The notes: generated by a model not told the origin, from the letters alone. A stretch of 63,996 nt of DNA, filler included, from Ionaspis alba (GCA_964255285.1; 4 parts of 4 records of this genome joined end to end with filler, not necessarily neighbours in it), one strand, 5' to 3'; positions 27,062 to 40,321 are shown, counted from the first letter of the whole stretch. Translations and numbers: made by a program.

Positions 27062-28010
27062 ATGAGTCCTCCGGATACTGTCTCTACACTCGGAACTCTG
27101 GATGCCTTGCCAACCGAGCTCCTCGATAACATCCTCATGGACCTCGACTTTCAGTCACTCGCGCAGCTGAGATCTGTCAACCGGCTCGCGAGAAGAGTGG
27201 TGGACACCCTCCCACAATACAAAGCAATTGTCACCCACGCTCCAATGACATTGAGGCTTCTTTTCAAGCGAAGAGTTGCAGCATCGACATCCTGCCGAGC
27301 ACTTCACGATGCTCTCTCTTCCCCAGCATGTGCTTGCTGTGGAGACTTCGGGATGCTCCTCTATCTTTTTACTTGTATTCGAGTTTGTGGACTATGCATT
27401 TGCGAAGAGCGAACACTTCGCATATTGGAGCTGCCACGTGCCGAGGTCGTGTTTGGCTTAGACAAACAAGCGCTTTCTACCCTGCCCAAGGTATACTTTC
27501 CTTCCCAAGCTCAAACCCCCCCCATCTGTGGATGTCGAAGGGAAAGTCCTGGTCCATCAAGAAATGGCTCGCAAAGCAGGCATCGCACTGCATGGGTCGG
27601 TAACAGAGATGAAAAATTTTGTTGCTCCGAAATTGGCACCAAAGTGGACTCAACATGCCGATCTGCTGTGGCACTATAACACGTACCCCCATACTGTTCC
27701 TCCATTTCTGTTATTCCCTTACAAAAATGGGCTTGATGGGCCTGGAGGACATGCCTCTCCGCATATGGCTGTCGTTCCGATCCCCTGGTTCGACTACGCT
27801 AAGAGGATGGTGGAGGTCGGACGAGTGTGTGAATTCTGTAAGGAAAGGTCTCCGCGCCAAAGGGAGCGCAGCCCTCTGGACCATAGAAGAGCCTATACTT
27901 ATAGTGGACTTCACGATCATATTGCAGAGTTTCACAGCGACCGAGTTTTGACACATGAGACTAAAAGACATCAAGGATTGTCTACCCGACCTCGAGCTAT
28001 GGATCCTTAA
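27062..28010 (+). CDS. F-box protein with Cys-rich segment; +1 frameshift at C8 run 27516-27523 (sequencing error or pseudogene)
   Basis: LGTLDALPTELLDNILMDLDFQSLAQLRSVNR F-box, then CACCGDFG..LYLFTCIRVCGLC. A downstream frame carries ARKAGIALHGS and a CxxC/H element. Deleting one C fuses the frames. Confidence 0.75.
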
Positions 28011-28300
28011 GTGAATAGAACTTCACCAGATATCTGATTCACACCTCGCCATTCATGCAAGTCACACTCACGATCCTCGCTGTACGAGATGGCCTGTTAT
28101 CATGGCGTTCAAGTATTCCAAGACTTTGTTGAAAGCCTATTCATACACCGGCAGTCGCCGGAGTTTCCCATAGCACAAAGACTTGAATCACTATCTCACC
28201 AGAGCATCTACCGAATAAGCACAGAGTGGCTCCAAGAGAAGGGCCGGAAGGAGAAAGGAAAGAGAGCCGGGCGCATACCCGTGAAGATATCCACCATACC

Positions 28301-28801
28301 ATGATACCGTCGGACGCGCTTCGACCAGGTGGAGAAGCAATAGATGTACCGATGTACCGGCAGGCATTCATATCCTTCAAGCACGAGTACCAACAAATCG
28401 GAGCCCAAGGTCTAGGAGGATGCAGCGTTGTGGCAATAGTCTCATCAAGAGGCGCAATCCTGGCTCACATACCACCCGGAGACGATGATAGTACCATCCA
28501 GCAAATGCAGCGCGTTCACCGACTCTATCGGAGGCACAAAGACGTCATGTATGATGCCTACGCTTTTATCATCACAGGTCTACAGGATGGCGAGCCAGGG
28601 CTACGAGACATAGAGGAGACGATACAGACGTACCTGTACCATAGAATGAGGCTTCAATACGACATTACGGGCTATGAAGTACTTTGGCCAGATCATCCAC
28701 AGCGGTGCAGGAATGGACAGGGTACTGTTTTGGTTGATGGACGGGGTAGGCATCCGAAACTTTATGTGGAGCACAGGGAACTTCTTCGAGACTCTATATA
28801 G
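28301..28801 (+). CDS. Small hypothetical protein with a CNF1/CheD/YfiH-like Cys-His motif
   Basis: 166-aa ORF from ATG 28301 containing IGAQGLGGCSVVAIVSSRGAILAHIPP and C-terminal GQGTVLVDG...KLYVE. Confidence 0.7.
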   Translation: MIPSDALRPGGEAIDVPMYRQAFISFKHEYQQIGAQGLGGCSVVAIVSSRGAILAHIPPGDDDSTIQQMQRVHRLYRRHKDVMYDAYAFIITGLQDGEPGLRDIEETIQTYLYHRMRLQYDITGYEVLWPDHPQRCRNGQGTVLVDGRGRHPKLYVEHRELLRDSI

Positions 28802-29673
28802 GTCTTTAGTCCGTGACCATCTGAGTGCTACTTGCTCGCTTGCTCGAACAACTTGTTTGCTGATGGCAAAGGCGTCCTATAGATACGTTGTGTACCATGA
28901 TGAGCTCCTTCGCACCTTGGCATGCTAGGATTAAGATATCTCTTGAATGCAGCTAAATCGTGACCACGAGTGCATGCCGGAATGCTATCCTATTCTAGTA
29001 ATGAATTGCTTCTATTGTTTGACGAGAGTATTCTCGTGAAGACATTGTCTATCGATACATCTGTATAACAGCTCGAGAGACTAAATTATAGAGGGTTTTC
29101 TCCCCAAGTCCACAAGAGCAAAAGATGGTCAATACCCCAATGTTAGATGGTATGCCGTGGCAATATTTGTCGATGTCTCGGTATCGCGAGAACTTTGGGA
29201 CGCTGATTAAATGAGGCTGGCGTTTGGCAAGATCTATGGGAATAAAAAAGAAGACCACAGGGATTTCCTCCACATCATGAGCCCATTGTAAAAGTTGGAT
29301 TCCCTGATACCAGATGGCGCAGTATTGGAGTGATTGACATCTGTTTGGTCTATCCCGTGGAAGGTGGATGGCGCTGTACCGCTTCGGCTATCATATCCTT
29401 AGGGTTTCCATATTCAAACCATGATGTCATTGCAAATAAACATTACCTTAACCTTTCCTCGTCTCCTCCCCTTATCAATAATCTCATCAACTTTGAACGC
29501 AATTAGAAATGCAAAAGTGATACTCCCATCTCTCACGAAACAGCGCTGTCTCTACAAAACTGACCCTCTACAGACACATCCGCCAAGGCGCTCCCCTCCC
29601 CAACGAATTCCAGACCACCCCCGAAGGCCACACCGCCGCGGAAGCTCACCACAACGCCTCCACTTCCTCCAAC

Positions 29674-30593
29674 ATGTCCGCCGCCAAACTCGCCCTAACC
29701 GACCTTCTCCCCCTTCCCAAATCCGCCGTCAAGATTCCCCGCCTCGGCTTTGGCGTTTACCAATCCCCACCGAGCACCTGCATCAACTCCTGCCTCACAG
29801 CCCTGAAAACCGGCTACCGCCACATCGACACAGCACAATACTACGCGAATGAGAAAGAAGTTGGGCACGCGGTTGCGCAGTCCGGTCTTCCGCGGAAAGA
29901 TGTATTTTTGACGACTAAGATACTGGCCGCGGCGGGGAGTGTGGAGAAGTCTTACAAGAAGTGTATCGACAGTGTGAAGAAGATTGATCCAAGTGACGAG
30001 GGATATGTGGATCTGTTCTTGGTACATAGCCCGAATGCGGGTAAGGAAAAGCGAAAGGAGATGTGGCTTGCGCTGGAGCAACTACTGAAGGAGGGGAGGG
30101 CTAAGAGTATTGGGGTGAGCAATTATGGGGTGGGGCATATTGAGGAGATGAAGGAGTATGCGACGACTTGGCCGCCACATGTGAACCAGATCGAGGTATG
30201 CCACACCTTCCTCCACCTCTTGGACAGGGCAAAGCTGACGTTGTTCTCTTTTACCAGCTCCATCCGTGGTGCCAACAGCGCACCATAGTGTCCTACTGTC
30301 AAAAGAACTCCATCATCGTCGAGGCCTACTCGCCTCTCGTTCGCGCTCACAAATCTCACGATCCGACGCTCTCTACCATTGCCAAAGGTCATGGTGTCGC
30401 ACCTGCACAGGTCCTCATCCGGTATTGTCTGCAGAAGGGCTGGGTGCCACTTCCGAAGAGTGATACACCGTCTCGGATTGCTGAGAATGCGGATGTGTAT
30501 GGATTTGAGTTGGGTGAGGAGGATATGGGAAAGCTTGATGGGCTGGACATGGGGAGAGATGGAGCGATTGTGCAGGCTGTGAGGAATGAGTAG
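29674..30593 (+). CDS. Aldo-keto reductase (2,5-diketo-D-gluconate reductase-like); intron about 30196-30258
   Basis: IPRLGFGVYQ, GYRHIDTAQYY.NE, FLTTK, YVDLFLVHSP, SIGVSNY, NQIE|LHP, AYSPL, PLPKS. Confidence 0.95.
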
Positions 30594-31075
30594 GGGATTG
30601 GGTGCTGATTGGTGCATAGTCCAAGAAGAATATCGCAAGGATGGGGAGAGGAGGGAGGGAGGAGGAGAGATATATTAGAGAGTTGTATATGCATGGAGAC
30701 CTGCCGACTGTTCGGTGCAGGGTAACGAGGAGGACTCCGTGTTATGATTGGGTCTAAATTCACCATGGAGAATCGGTTAATCAATCTTGATCTGGATTTG
30801 ATGGATTCCTCTCAATGGATTTGTTAACAGCGGTGTATATTGAGCGATTCATGTGATAGTCCAGGAAAGACGTCGCTTGTACTATGAAAAATTCTTTCTG
30901 GTGGGCTTGATGCCCGATGCTAAGACATATCATATCATCGTATCAATGAGGCCTCCCCTCCTCTCACTACACGTTTTACTCACTGACCGCGTCCTTCGGC
31001 CATCGTTCTCTTTTTAGACCTGGCCATCATGCACAATACATCATCATCGGAAGCACCCAATCCCAATTCCAAACC

Positions 31076-33132
31076 CTATATCTCCTTCTCACGCCCACCA
31101 CCACCGCCAATCCCATCCTCCACATTCCCCTCCACAACTGTCTTCTCATCCTCGCTCGCCGTCCTCATCCCCAACCCGGCAACACCACCTCCCCTCTCAG
31201 TAATCAACCTATACTTGAGCGCCATATCCTCAACCTCCTCATCACCCAAGAAGGGCAATTCTTTCGCCGCTCTCACATACGAGATGTTCTCCGCATATCC
31301 CTTGGCGAAGATGATATCGATCTCTTCGAGAGAACGCTGTTTGGTTTCGGGGTAGAGGAAGTAGATGACGGGGATGAAACAAGCGTTCACGAGAGCGAAG
31401 AAGAGGTAGGTGCCCCAGCCGATGCGGTCGATCATTATGGGGGTGATCATTACTGTAAATAGATCAGTCGTTTGATATTGTGGACGGGAGAGTAGATTTG
31501 AACGTACCGATGAGGAAGTTGAAGAGCCAATTGGAGCACGTGCTCATTGCGTTGGCCTTGGCACGAGTCTTGATGGGGTTGATCTCGGCAGGATAGAGCC
31601 AAGGGAGAGGTAGCCAGGTTGCACCAAAAGAAGCGATGTACTATCTGGGTATCAGTATGGGCCCTTTTTGTGGTTCAGAAGCGCCAGATCTGGAAGAATG
31701 AAATTGCTGGCTTACGGTGAATAGACCCACAGCAGCTCCTTTGGCTGCAGCCGGTGTACCAGGGATGAGACAAGCAAAAGTAATGACCATCGACATTCCT
31801 TGTCCAACAGTACCCCAGAGAAACAGATTCCGCCTCCCAGCTCGCTCGATGATGAACCAGCTAACAGTCGCAAAGATAGCATAGACAATCATATTGACGC
31901 CACCCAATAGCAACGACAACTCATGCGTCTGCCCGATACTATTCTCAAACAAAATCGGAAAATAATAAATCACCGCATTACAACCCCCCACCTGCTGCAT
32001 GAACTGCGAACTAACGCCCAACATCATGCGTCTAAAATGCTGCGTCTTCCCATTCGTGAAAAGCGCCTTGAATGGCGTGCCCTTTCTTGTGCCGTATCCT
32101 GAAGCACGGATGCTATCCATAATGACCGCTTCCTGGATCTTGGCCTCCTTGTCGTCGATCTCGACGCCGCGGAGAGCTGCGATGACAGTGAGGCCTTCGT
32201 CGTAGCGCTCGCGGGTAAGGAGCCAGCGGGGGGATTCGGGTAGGAAGAAGGTACCGACACTGACGACGAGGGCGAAGATGATTTGGAAGGCGATGGGGAA
32301 GCGCCAGACGAGGGAGGGAGTGCCGAAAGAGGCACCGTAGTCGATCCAGTATGCTCTGGAAGAGCAATTGGTGTCAGCACATCATAAGATTTAGTATAGA
32401 ACGAGGAGTCTTACAAAACGGTGCCAAAGGCAATGACGCCGCCTTCGATGCAGATGAGGAGACCTCTATTGGTTGTTCGACTGCACTCGGCTGATCAATG
32501 ACAAAGTATCAATGTACGTCCGCACAGGATATGAAGGTTGTAGACAAACGAACCTTGATAAGTAGGAATCGTCGAAGTATTGATCCCATTCCCAACTCCC
32601 GTAATCACTCTTCCAACAATGAATTGCGCAAGAGCACCAGGTCCTGCCTGTGCGGTAACCTGTATGATGACTCCTAGAATCATGGTTGCTCCACCTAGCA
32701 TCATAGACCGTCTTCTACCTAGAAAGTCGCCGAGTGTGAGGATGAATATAGCACCAGCAAGACAACCTAGATCATGTCAGCGAGAAAGGAGGAGGTAGGT
32801 CGAGAGGGTAAGCGGATACCGATTTCGTAGATGGCAGTAACGAAGCCTTGCATCGTTGAGTTCTTTTTTGTGGCTGTGAAGATGTCGTTGAAGGCTGGTG
32901 CGGTGATGATACCGCTCATCACACTGTATACACCATCAGTCACCAGTGGATAGACTTAAGAGCACTCTGACTGACCCCTGATCGTATCCAAACAAAACAA
33001 AACCTGTAGACTTCTGTTAGCTGGATCTCCGCTCGCTCAAAGTTTGAAGCTTTACATACCAGTTGTCGCAACTGTAGAGACAGCCAACGACAACGGCCTG
33101 CCCGTAAGACCCATGAACTTTGGAGGAGCCAT
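31076..33132 (-). CDS. MFS sugar porter (STL1-like polyol/sugar:H+ symporter), many introns
   Basis: GF.LFGYDQGVMSG, YEIGCLAG, DFLGRRR, GRVITGVGNG, WRFPIAFQ, LPESPRWL, QQVGGCNA, PWLYPAEI, YPETKQRSLEEID. Confidence 0.93.
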
Positions 33133-33452
33133 TTCTCCCAGTTTTGCTGAGCAATGCCCACAATGCCTCTACCCGTTATACCTATATATCTAACAAAAAA
33201 TCGCTATAGACGAATTCCCGAGAACGAAGAAGCGTTGAAGAAACACAAATTGGCAAAGGTTGTCAAGTCAACACCAAAAAAGCAGGCGTAAATAATCGAT
33301 GGGGAAACAGTCTCTCATATGCCCTCTCCCCTCCTCTTCCACCCCCCAAACCNNNNNNNNNNNNNNNNNNNNNNNNNNNNNNNNNNNNNNNNNNNNTTAA
33401 TTAATTAANNNNNNNNNNNNNNNNNNNNNNNNNNNNNNNNNNNNNNNNNNNN

Positions 33453-35293
33453 GAGCGGGAGGGGTGGGAATGCGTGTGGTTGTTGCGGTTGGAGGGTGAG
33501 TAAGAGGAAGGCGAGAAGGTGAGATTGTGGGGTGGTGGAGTGCGGAGATAGGTTAGCGGGAGGAGGGGTTGCTGTTTGGGTGGTGTGAGGTCGTCGCCGG
33601 CCAGGACGGGGAAGAGAGATAGCAGGTCTTTGGCTTGCAGCCGATCGCGAGGCTGCGTGCTGAGACAGTGGTGCGTGATGTTGCGGTACCAGATGGGGAT
33701 ATCCCTTTTTGTTTTCTCGAGCGAGAGAGGCCGTGGTTGCCGTTCAGGTTCGTCTTCACATTCCGCGAGGGCCCAGAGAACCATGCCGAGTTGGAAGAGG
33801 TCGGATTTCACGCCGATGTACATGGAAATGCGTTGGCTGCTTTTGATAAGGCGGTCGATTTCCGGCGGTTCCCAGCCGACGGGACAGCCGCGTCGGTTGA
33901 TGTCGATTATTTGCGCGGTGTCGTTGCTGTCGATGACAATGTTCGAGAGGGTGAAGTCGCCTTGGACGTAGCCTGATTCGTGAATTTCGGATAGACCGCG
34001 GACGATTTGTTTGGCCCAGCGTTGGCGGCGGGACCAGTCGAGTTGGTCTTTAAAGTCGAAGAGGAGGTCGACAAGGGGGCCTTTTTGGGCGAAGCCGATT
34101 AGAAGGCCTTTGACGACGTTGAGCTTTTCGTCGACTACTAGGCCGCGGAACTGGATCACGTTGTGGGCGCCTGTGAGGGAGTACAGGGCATTGATTTCGT
34201 AGAGAAATTCTTCGACGCTGTCGGGACCGGGGATCTCTTTCTTGATGCAGACTTGGCCGTTGACTTGTACTTTGTATACAAAACCTGACATGTGAGCTTC
34301 AAATTTGACTTCGCTTTCTGGTATACGCTCGTAATCCAGGTGCTGTACTGCGTGCGTTGACGGATAGGGGATAATTTCGTTCGTATCCTCTGTTACATGA
34401 ACGTGTAATCGATCATCTTGGCTGGTCTCCAGCTTCAAATTTGTCACAGTGTCATAGAACTGTATATCAGGTAGTGACATGCGAATAGCTTCGTATATTC
34501 GCGCACTCTTTAATCTTTGGTATTGCAGACCTTGAAGATCTCGTTCCAAAGAGTCCGGCGGTGCATGTCGATAGTCACAAGATATAGTAACTCTTCTCCA
34601 CCGTGTTGGTTCCTCTGCATAAGTAACGAAGAATTTCTCTCTGGGACTGTTATCTCGAAAGTGCATACTCAAATTCAATATCCATTTTTCCTCCAGTTCA
34701 GCTCTGATCTGCTCATCTAACTGGTCATCGTACGAGCCTTCGGACATGGTTGGAATATCTGCTGGATCGCTGGGAGGATCATCTGGCGGAGGTGAAAGTG
34801 GAGGAGCAGGACGAGGCATTTGAACATGATTATTAGCATTCTGTGAAGTACTATTTTGATTTGCGTCAAAGGGAAACTCTGTATAACTGTCATTTTCATT
34901 ATTGCAAACTGCTGGTGCCGAAAGTTTAGGTGGACAGGCAGGAGATGGTGAAATCGGACGAGCATGCATGACTCTCCGATCAACTGAGGCTGTTCTTCGG
35001 TCGATTGAATGCTGGTCCACCGGCGTTAATCGCTCACGACGTTCGGAGTTTTGTCTTCTGAAAGTTGCCGGCCGAGGTAATCCTGGCACGACCTTGCGAG
35101 ACAATCTCCTGCCCAAACTTGCTTTCGGCATTGAATCTGCTGCATCTTGACATTTGATTTCTGGGCATGGTGACTGTTCATGACTTCCAAACCATCTGCT
35201 CAGACGATGTCGCCATATGTGTTTTCCTTCAATCCTGTCCGTTTCGAGGGACGACGAGCGGCGGGGGTCGATGTTTGTAGGTGAAAAAGCCAT
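33453..35293 (-). CDS. Fungal protein-kinase-domain protein with atypical catalytic motifs; 3' end lost in the gap
   Basis: MSGFVYKV, CIKKE, EEFLYEINAL, GLSEIHESGYVQGDFTLSNIVID, IIDINRRGCPVGWEPPE, KSDLFQLGMVLW, PRDRL. Confidence 0.85.
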
Positions 35294-36932
35294 TGCGTAT
35301 GATTGCGGTATGGAGGGAAGATGTGGACATGGAATTGTAGAAAGTCGATATAGTGAGACGTGGGCGTTTGCGTGTTATGCGCCTTGCCATGAGCCTCCGG
35401 GCGAGGCTGTAGATGGCCGTTGATGAATCATGTAGACAAGCGTGCCTTCTGTGCCAGATTCCTGAGGCAATGAGGAGCGCGGTAGCGGTTCAGCGGGGCG
35501 AGTCTCGTGAGAAAGAACTCAGTCATAGGCAGTTGGCCCAGCAGCTGAGGTTGTGTGTGAGAACGAGAGTAGAATGGGATGAGGTAGACTTGAGTGGTAG
35601 AAGGATTGTTGGCCAAGGATGATGGATCTTTTGGTGGTCCTACCACCGCTCGGGTACACACTCAACCCTATGTACGCTGTGCAACCTCGCACCGCCCAGC
35701 AAGTCCTTGGGCGAATTGGGATAAAGTAAATTGGGTGGAGCAGGTCAATGGGAGCACAGCATTGGTCGCTCAGATCTAAGGAACAAAATTACAGTCATTG
35801 ATTTCAGCGGAGATTGTGCTGTCAGCTCCGTCAGGTCATCGATACGAATGGAAAGATGTGCGGCGGATCTGCAGGAGAAAAGCATGATGGGGCAAGGCAG
35901 ATTTCGGGTCAGCAATAGTGATCCTAATTCTAGATACGTCAAACTAAACATACTCCATTTGCTTCACTTAGAAATTTTATTATTATGATCCAATGTCCGT
36001 CTACTTTCTACCTTGGGCCTCAAGGACGTTCAAAAATATCTAGCGCAAGGGCAACCCACGGCCAAATCCATACGTTGGGCATTGACTTTCTCGTTCGAAA
36101 CAACGAGGCTGCCTATNNNNNNNNNNNNNNNNNNNNNNNNNNNNNNNNNNNNNNNNNNNNNNNNNNNNNNNNNNNNNNNNNNNNNNNNNNNNNNNNNNNN
36201 NNNNNNNNNNNNNNNNCTACGACACTCACTTCCCTTTCAGGTATCAACCTTGCGCGGCCATGTGCGTGTCGTTGAGTGGACGGGCCGCCGGTCTAGCTTT
36301 GCATAAGTTCTTCTTCACCAGTGTTTTTCTTTTGCGGGCTTGAACTCGTGGGAGGGGGCAATGGTGAGCGAACGATGCAGGCGCGGTGATACCCAAGGCG
36401 GCCTGTTCCAGGACGATCCGGAATTGGAGTTTTCTATTCCGTTAGTAGGGTCTGCTGCTGCTACTGGGTTTGGTGACCTATCAGAGACACATTGCTTTGC
36501 AGCGGCAGCACAGAGCTTCGAGAAGACGTTCGGATCCTGCATCATGACGCCTTCCATTTCTGTACACTTCCTGTATCACAGACCTGTTGACAAGCTCGGT
36601 TCGTCGGAATGTGCAGAGTGGTTCGCAAATCAATCGTGCCTGTTTGCCGCTGAGAATATGGTGGATGATCGTGGAGAGGTGCATTTACACTACCAGATCT
36701 TATTTACAAGAATCTCCTCAATCATTGGAGTGGAGGTGGTGGCCCTTCAAAATATACCATTATACAGCCAGCCCAACCCTCCCAGTAGTCCCTACACCCC
36801 AAGAACAATCGCCAATGATGCAAACGCCGTGTCTAATGCTTGGAAACGCCGCTGACATGCTCTGAAGTTTATACAATACTTACTCCAATTATATGCTAGT
36901 CGAGGTAAGCCCTTGGTTCTCACCTGCGTAAA

Positions 36933-39900
36933 TCAGTCATCATCCTCTGATTCTTTCGAGTCCTTGCTGTCCTTATCGGCCTTCTTCAATTGGGTCTTCC
37001 AACGATTATTTGCTTGTTCGGTGTCAACGTTAGGGAAAACGAGATCGAAGACGTCGGAGTACCAGCTTGCAGCATGGCCCTCAATTCCCTCTTTGATATT
37101 CTGTCAGACCATTAGCATTGTGTCGACAAAACAACCAGATTATTCTCTTAATTACCTCAGGCAACTCTAGCCAGTCCGAAGTGTTATCGGCCGGGAAGAT
37201 GATAGTTTTCGCACCGGCTCGTCGGGCAGCAACAGTCTTCTCACGTAACCCCCCTATCCTTAGCACCTTGCCGGTGACGGTCAACTCACCAGTCATGGCA
37301 ATGGTAGGGTCAAGGGGCTTATCCAAAGCGAGGGATAGCAACGAAGTCGCCATTGTGATCCCAGCGGACGGACCTATCGTTCATTAGTACCCGCTACAAG
37401 CGCTTCCATCAGAATTACTCACCATCCTTCTGAACGGCTCCCTCGGGACAGTGAAGATGCAGCTTTGCTTTTTCGAAAAATTTGTTCTCCGGAAACATCT
37501 TTGCCATAACGGACTTGGCGAATGAGTATGCGATGACGGTCGACTCTTTCATTACGTTCTTCAGATTACCTGTTCGCTCCAAACCAGGCCTCGATGAGGC
37601 GGTTAGAGCATTTTCTAGGATAGATTCGACGTAGAGAGCTGCTCCTCCCATACTAGTCCACGCCAGGCCCATAGCTACGCCTGGCGGTGTTTTGTCGTAC
37701 AATCGATCTGATGTGAATATTGGTGGTCCGACATAATCTTTGAGGTTGTCTTTGCCGATAGCCACATGAACACTTTCAGGCACGTTGAGGCTCACTCGAG
37801 GCGTCTCGGTGGTCTCTTTCTCTATATCCACCGAGGTCTCTTTCACATCGCTGGTGTCCTTGTCAGATTCTGCTTGAGCAGCCTTACCCTCTTCAGTCAA
37901 AGCCTTGTCCTCTGACAAAACATCTTCACCAAGATCTTGGATGATTTTCAAGGCTGATTTGCGGTAGACTTTTTCTATCTGTTTCTTGAGATTCCGCACG
38001 CCGCTTTCTCGGCAGTAGGACTTGATTAACTCCTCAATCGCTTCCTTTGTCAGATTGACATCGACCTCTTTCAAGCCGCTCAGCTCCTTTGCGGCCGGAG
38101 ACAGATACCGTTCGGCAATAGCCATCTTCTCATCGGCAACATACCCAGACAGCTCAATCATTTCCATTCTGTCAAGCAGCGGCCGAGGAATAGTATCGGT
38201 CATATTGGCAGTACACACGAAGAGAACCTTCGAAAGGTCGACCGGCACATCCATATAATGATCCAAGAAGGAATTGTTCTGCTCCGGGTCCAGCAGTTCA
38301 AGCAGCGCCGATGACGGATCTCCCTGATGACCGCGTCCAATCTTGTCCACTTCGTCAATCAGGATAAGTGGATTTTCTGTTTGACATTTCTTGAGAGCTT
38401 GGATGATCCGACCGGGAAGAGCACCAACATATGTCCGTCGATGACCTTTGATTTCTGCCACATCCGTGAGGCCTCCAACACTGAATCGGTAGTATTGCCG
38501 ATTGAGTGCTCGCGCTATCGATTTGCCGATACTAGTTTTTCCAACTCCGGGAGGTCCGACAAAACATAATATCTTGCCCTCAACAGTTCCTCGGAGCTTG
38601 CCAACAGCTATGAACTCTAGGATCCGGTCTTTGACATCCTTCAAGCCGTGGTGATCCTCGTCTAGCACAGTCATGGCGTTTTTAATGCCAAAGTTTTCTG
38701 CGCTTCGCTGTCCCCAAGGGATCTGAGTGAGCCAGTCGAGATAATTCCGAGTGACGTTGAATTCCGATGCCGCAGGCTCAAGATGCGCAAGCTTATCTAG
38801 TTCCTCCTTGAAGACCTTCTGTACCGCTTCGGGCATTGCAAGCTTGTCGGCCTTCTCTTTGAATTTCTCGACAAGCTTCTCCTTCCCATCTGATTCAATA
38901 CCCAATTCCCTTCGAATGCCTTTCATCTGCTCCATCAGCCAGTACTCTCTCTGGCGCTTCTGAATTTTGTTCTCGACATCCTTGGAGATCTTATTTTGGA
39001 GTTGTGCATTCATCAATTCCTTCTTGAGGACCATCAAAGCTTTCGATAATCGCTCTTCCACATCCATCGTCTCAAGCACATCTTGAAGCTCACGTATCTC
39101 ACCCGCTGAGACAGCAGCGGCGAAATCAGCAAGTTTCCCTGGCTCCTCGACAATATTTCCAGCTGATTGGCTCATGGAGAAGGTCGAGATCTGATCCCGG
39201 AACAGGGGGTTGAGGCCTGCAACATCCTTGAAGACGTTGACAATTTCACTCGTGACAGCTTTGATGACAGGGCTCTTCTTGTCATAGGCTTGCTCAGGAA
39301 GATTGTCCACCTGGACAAGACTGACATCGAAATCACGTAGGAAAGACGTTGGCTCATAGGGCTGTAATTCTGTAGGTTGTGGCGTGGTGTTAGACTCTTC
39401 AAAGCTCGCGACGACGTCGCCCGTCTTCTCGGCTAGAGCTTCCTTGGACTTATCTTCCTCAGTCGCTGGGACCTCCGTAACAGTAGCTGTTGGTGTTTGC
39501 TGGTCTTTCCTGCGGTTCGGCGGGATTAGAGTAGACATCTTGATCCTCCGATGCGGGTAGAGCACGGCGGTCAGACTGTTCTGCTCCCCGTGCACTGGGA
39601 AAGCGCTGGTAATCTGCGCGAATACACCAACATCATGCACATCATCCATGTTCTCGATGATATCCTTGTCCACATTTTCATCCTTGAACAAGAATGCTCC
39701 AACGTATGGTTGTCCCCGCTTCATCATCTCCTGGATCGCGGCGGAGACGTTCGGGTCTCGGATCGTAACCGCTTTGTAGAATCCTGGGAAAAGAGGCCGT
39801 TTGGCTATGGGGATTGCCATGACTTGTGGGTAGACTTCAGGAACCGTCGGCTTTTGCAGCGCCTTTTCATTCGAGGTCTTCTTTCCGCCCTTCTTCCCTC

Positions 39901-40321
39901 CATCTCCACCTCCAGGACCGGACTCTCCACCACTGGATGCGCCACTGCTGCCTTTCGCATCCACAGACTTGCCCGACGATGGTGTGCCCCCGGAGCTCGG
40001 CTCCTTCTTAGACTCAAGGATGTCATCTGTTACAGCTACATCCCCTTCATCTGCAGATTTCTCAGGTATAGGTATAGGATCAGGGACGTCATCTGCATTT
40101 TGGTCTTTTCGCCGCGCAGGATTTGTGGAAAAGGTTCGGAGAGTTGTGGCTTGGAGGACGTTGTAAGGAGTATTTCGTGGTAGTCTGGCTTGAGCAGACC
40201 GTAGAAGATAGCGAGAGTGGGTCGAATATGCATATGTGCTCGTCCATGAGGACGATCGTGCTATATTATGTTGCGCATTGCGGAGGGCGTTTCTCCAGGG
40301 CAAACTTTGGCCGTAAAGCAT
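36933..40321 (-). CDS. PIM1: Mitochondrial Lon protease
   Basis: Presequence-like N-terminus, LON N domain (RPLFPGF), AAA+ GPPGVGKTS and ILIDEVDK, catalytic KDG|PSAG and IGGLREK. Two introns near the 3' end. Ends ESEDDD*. Confidence 0.97.

Noticed and set aside
35900..36865. 171-aa ORF (36340-36855, +) and neighbouring fragments around a gap
   Set aside because: Starts at TTG with no recognisable domain. It might be a gene remnant but cannot be supported without a search.
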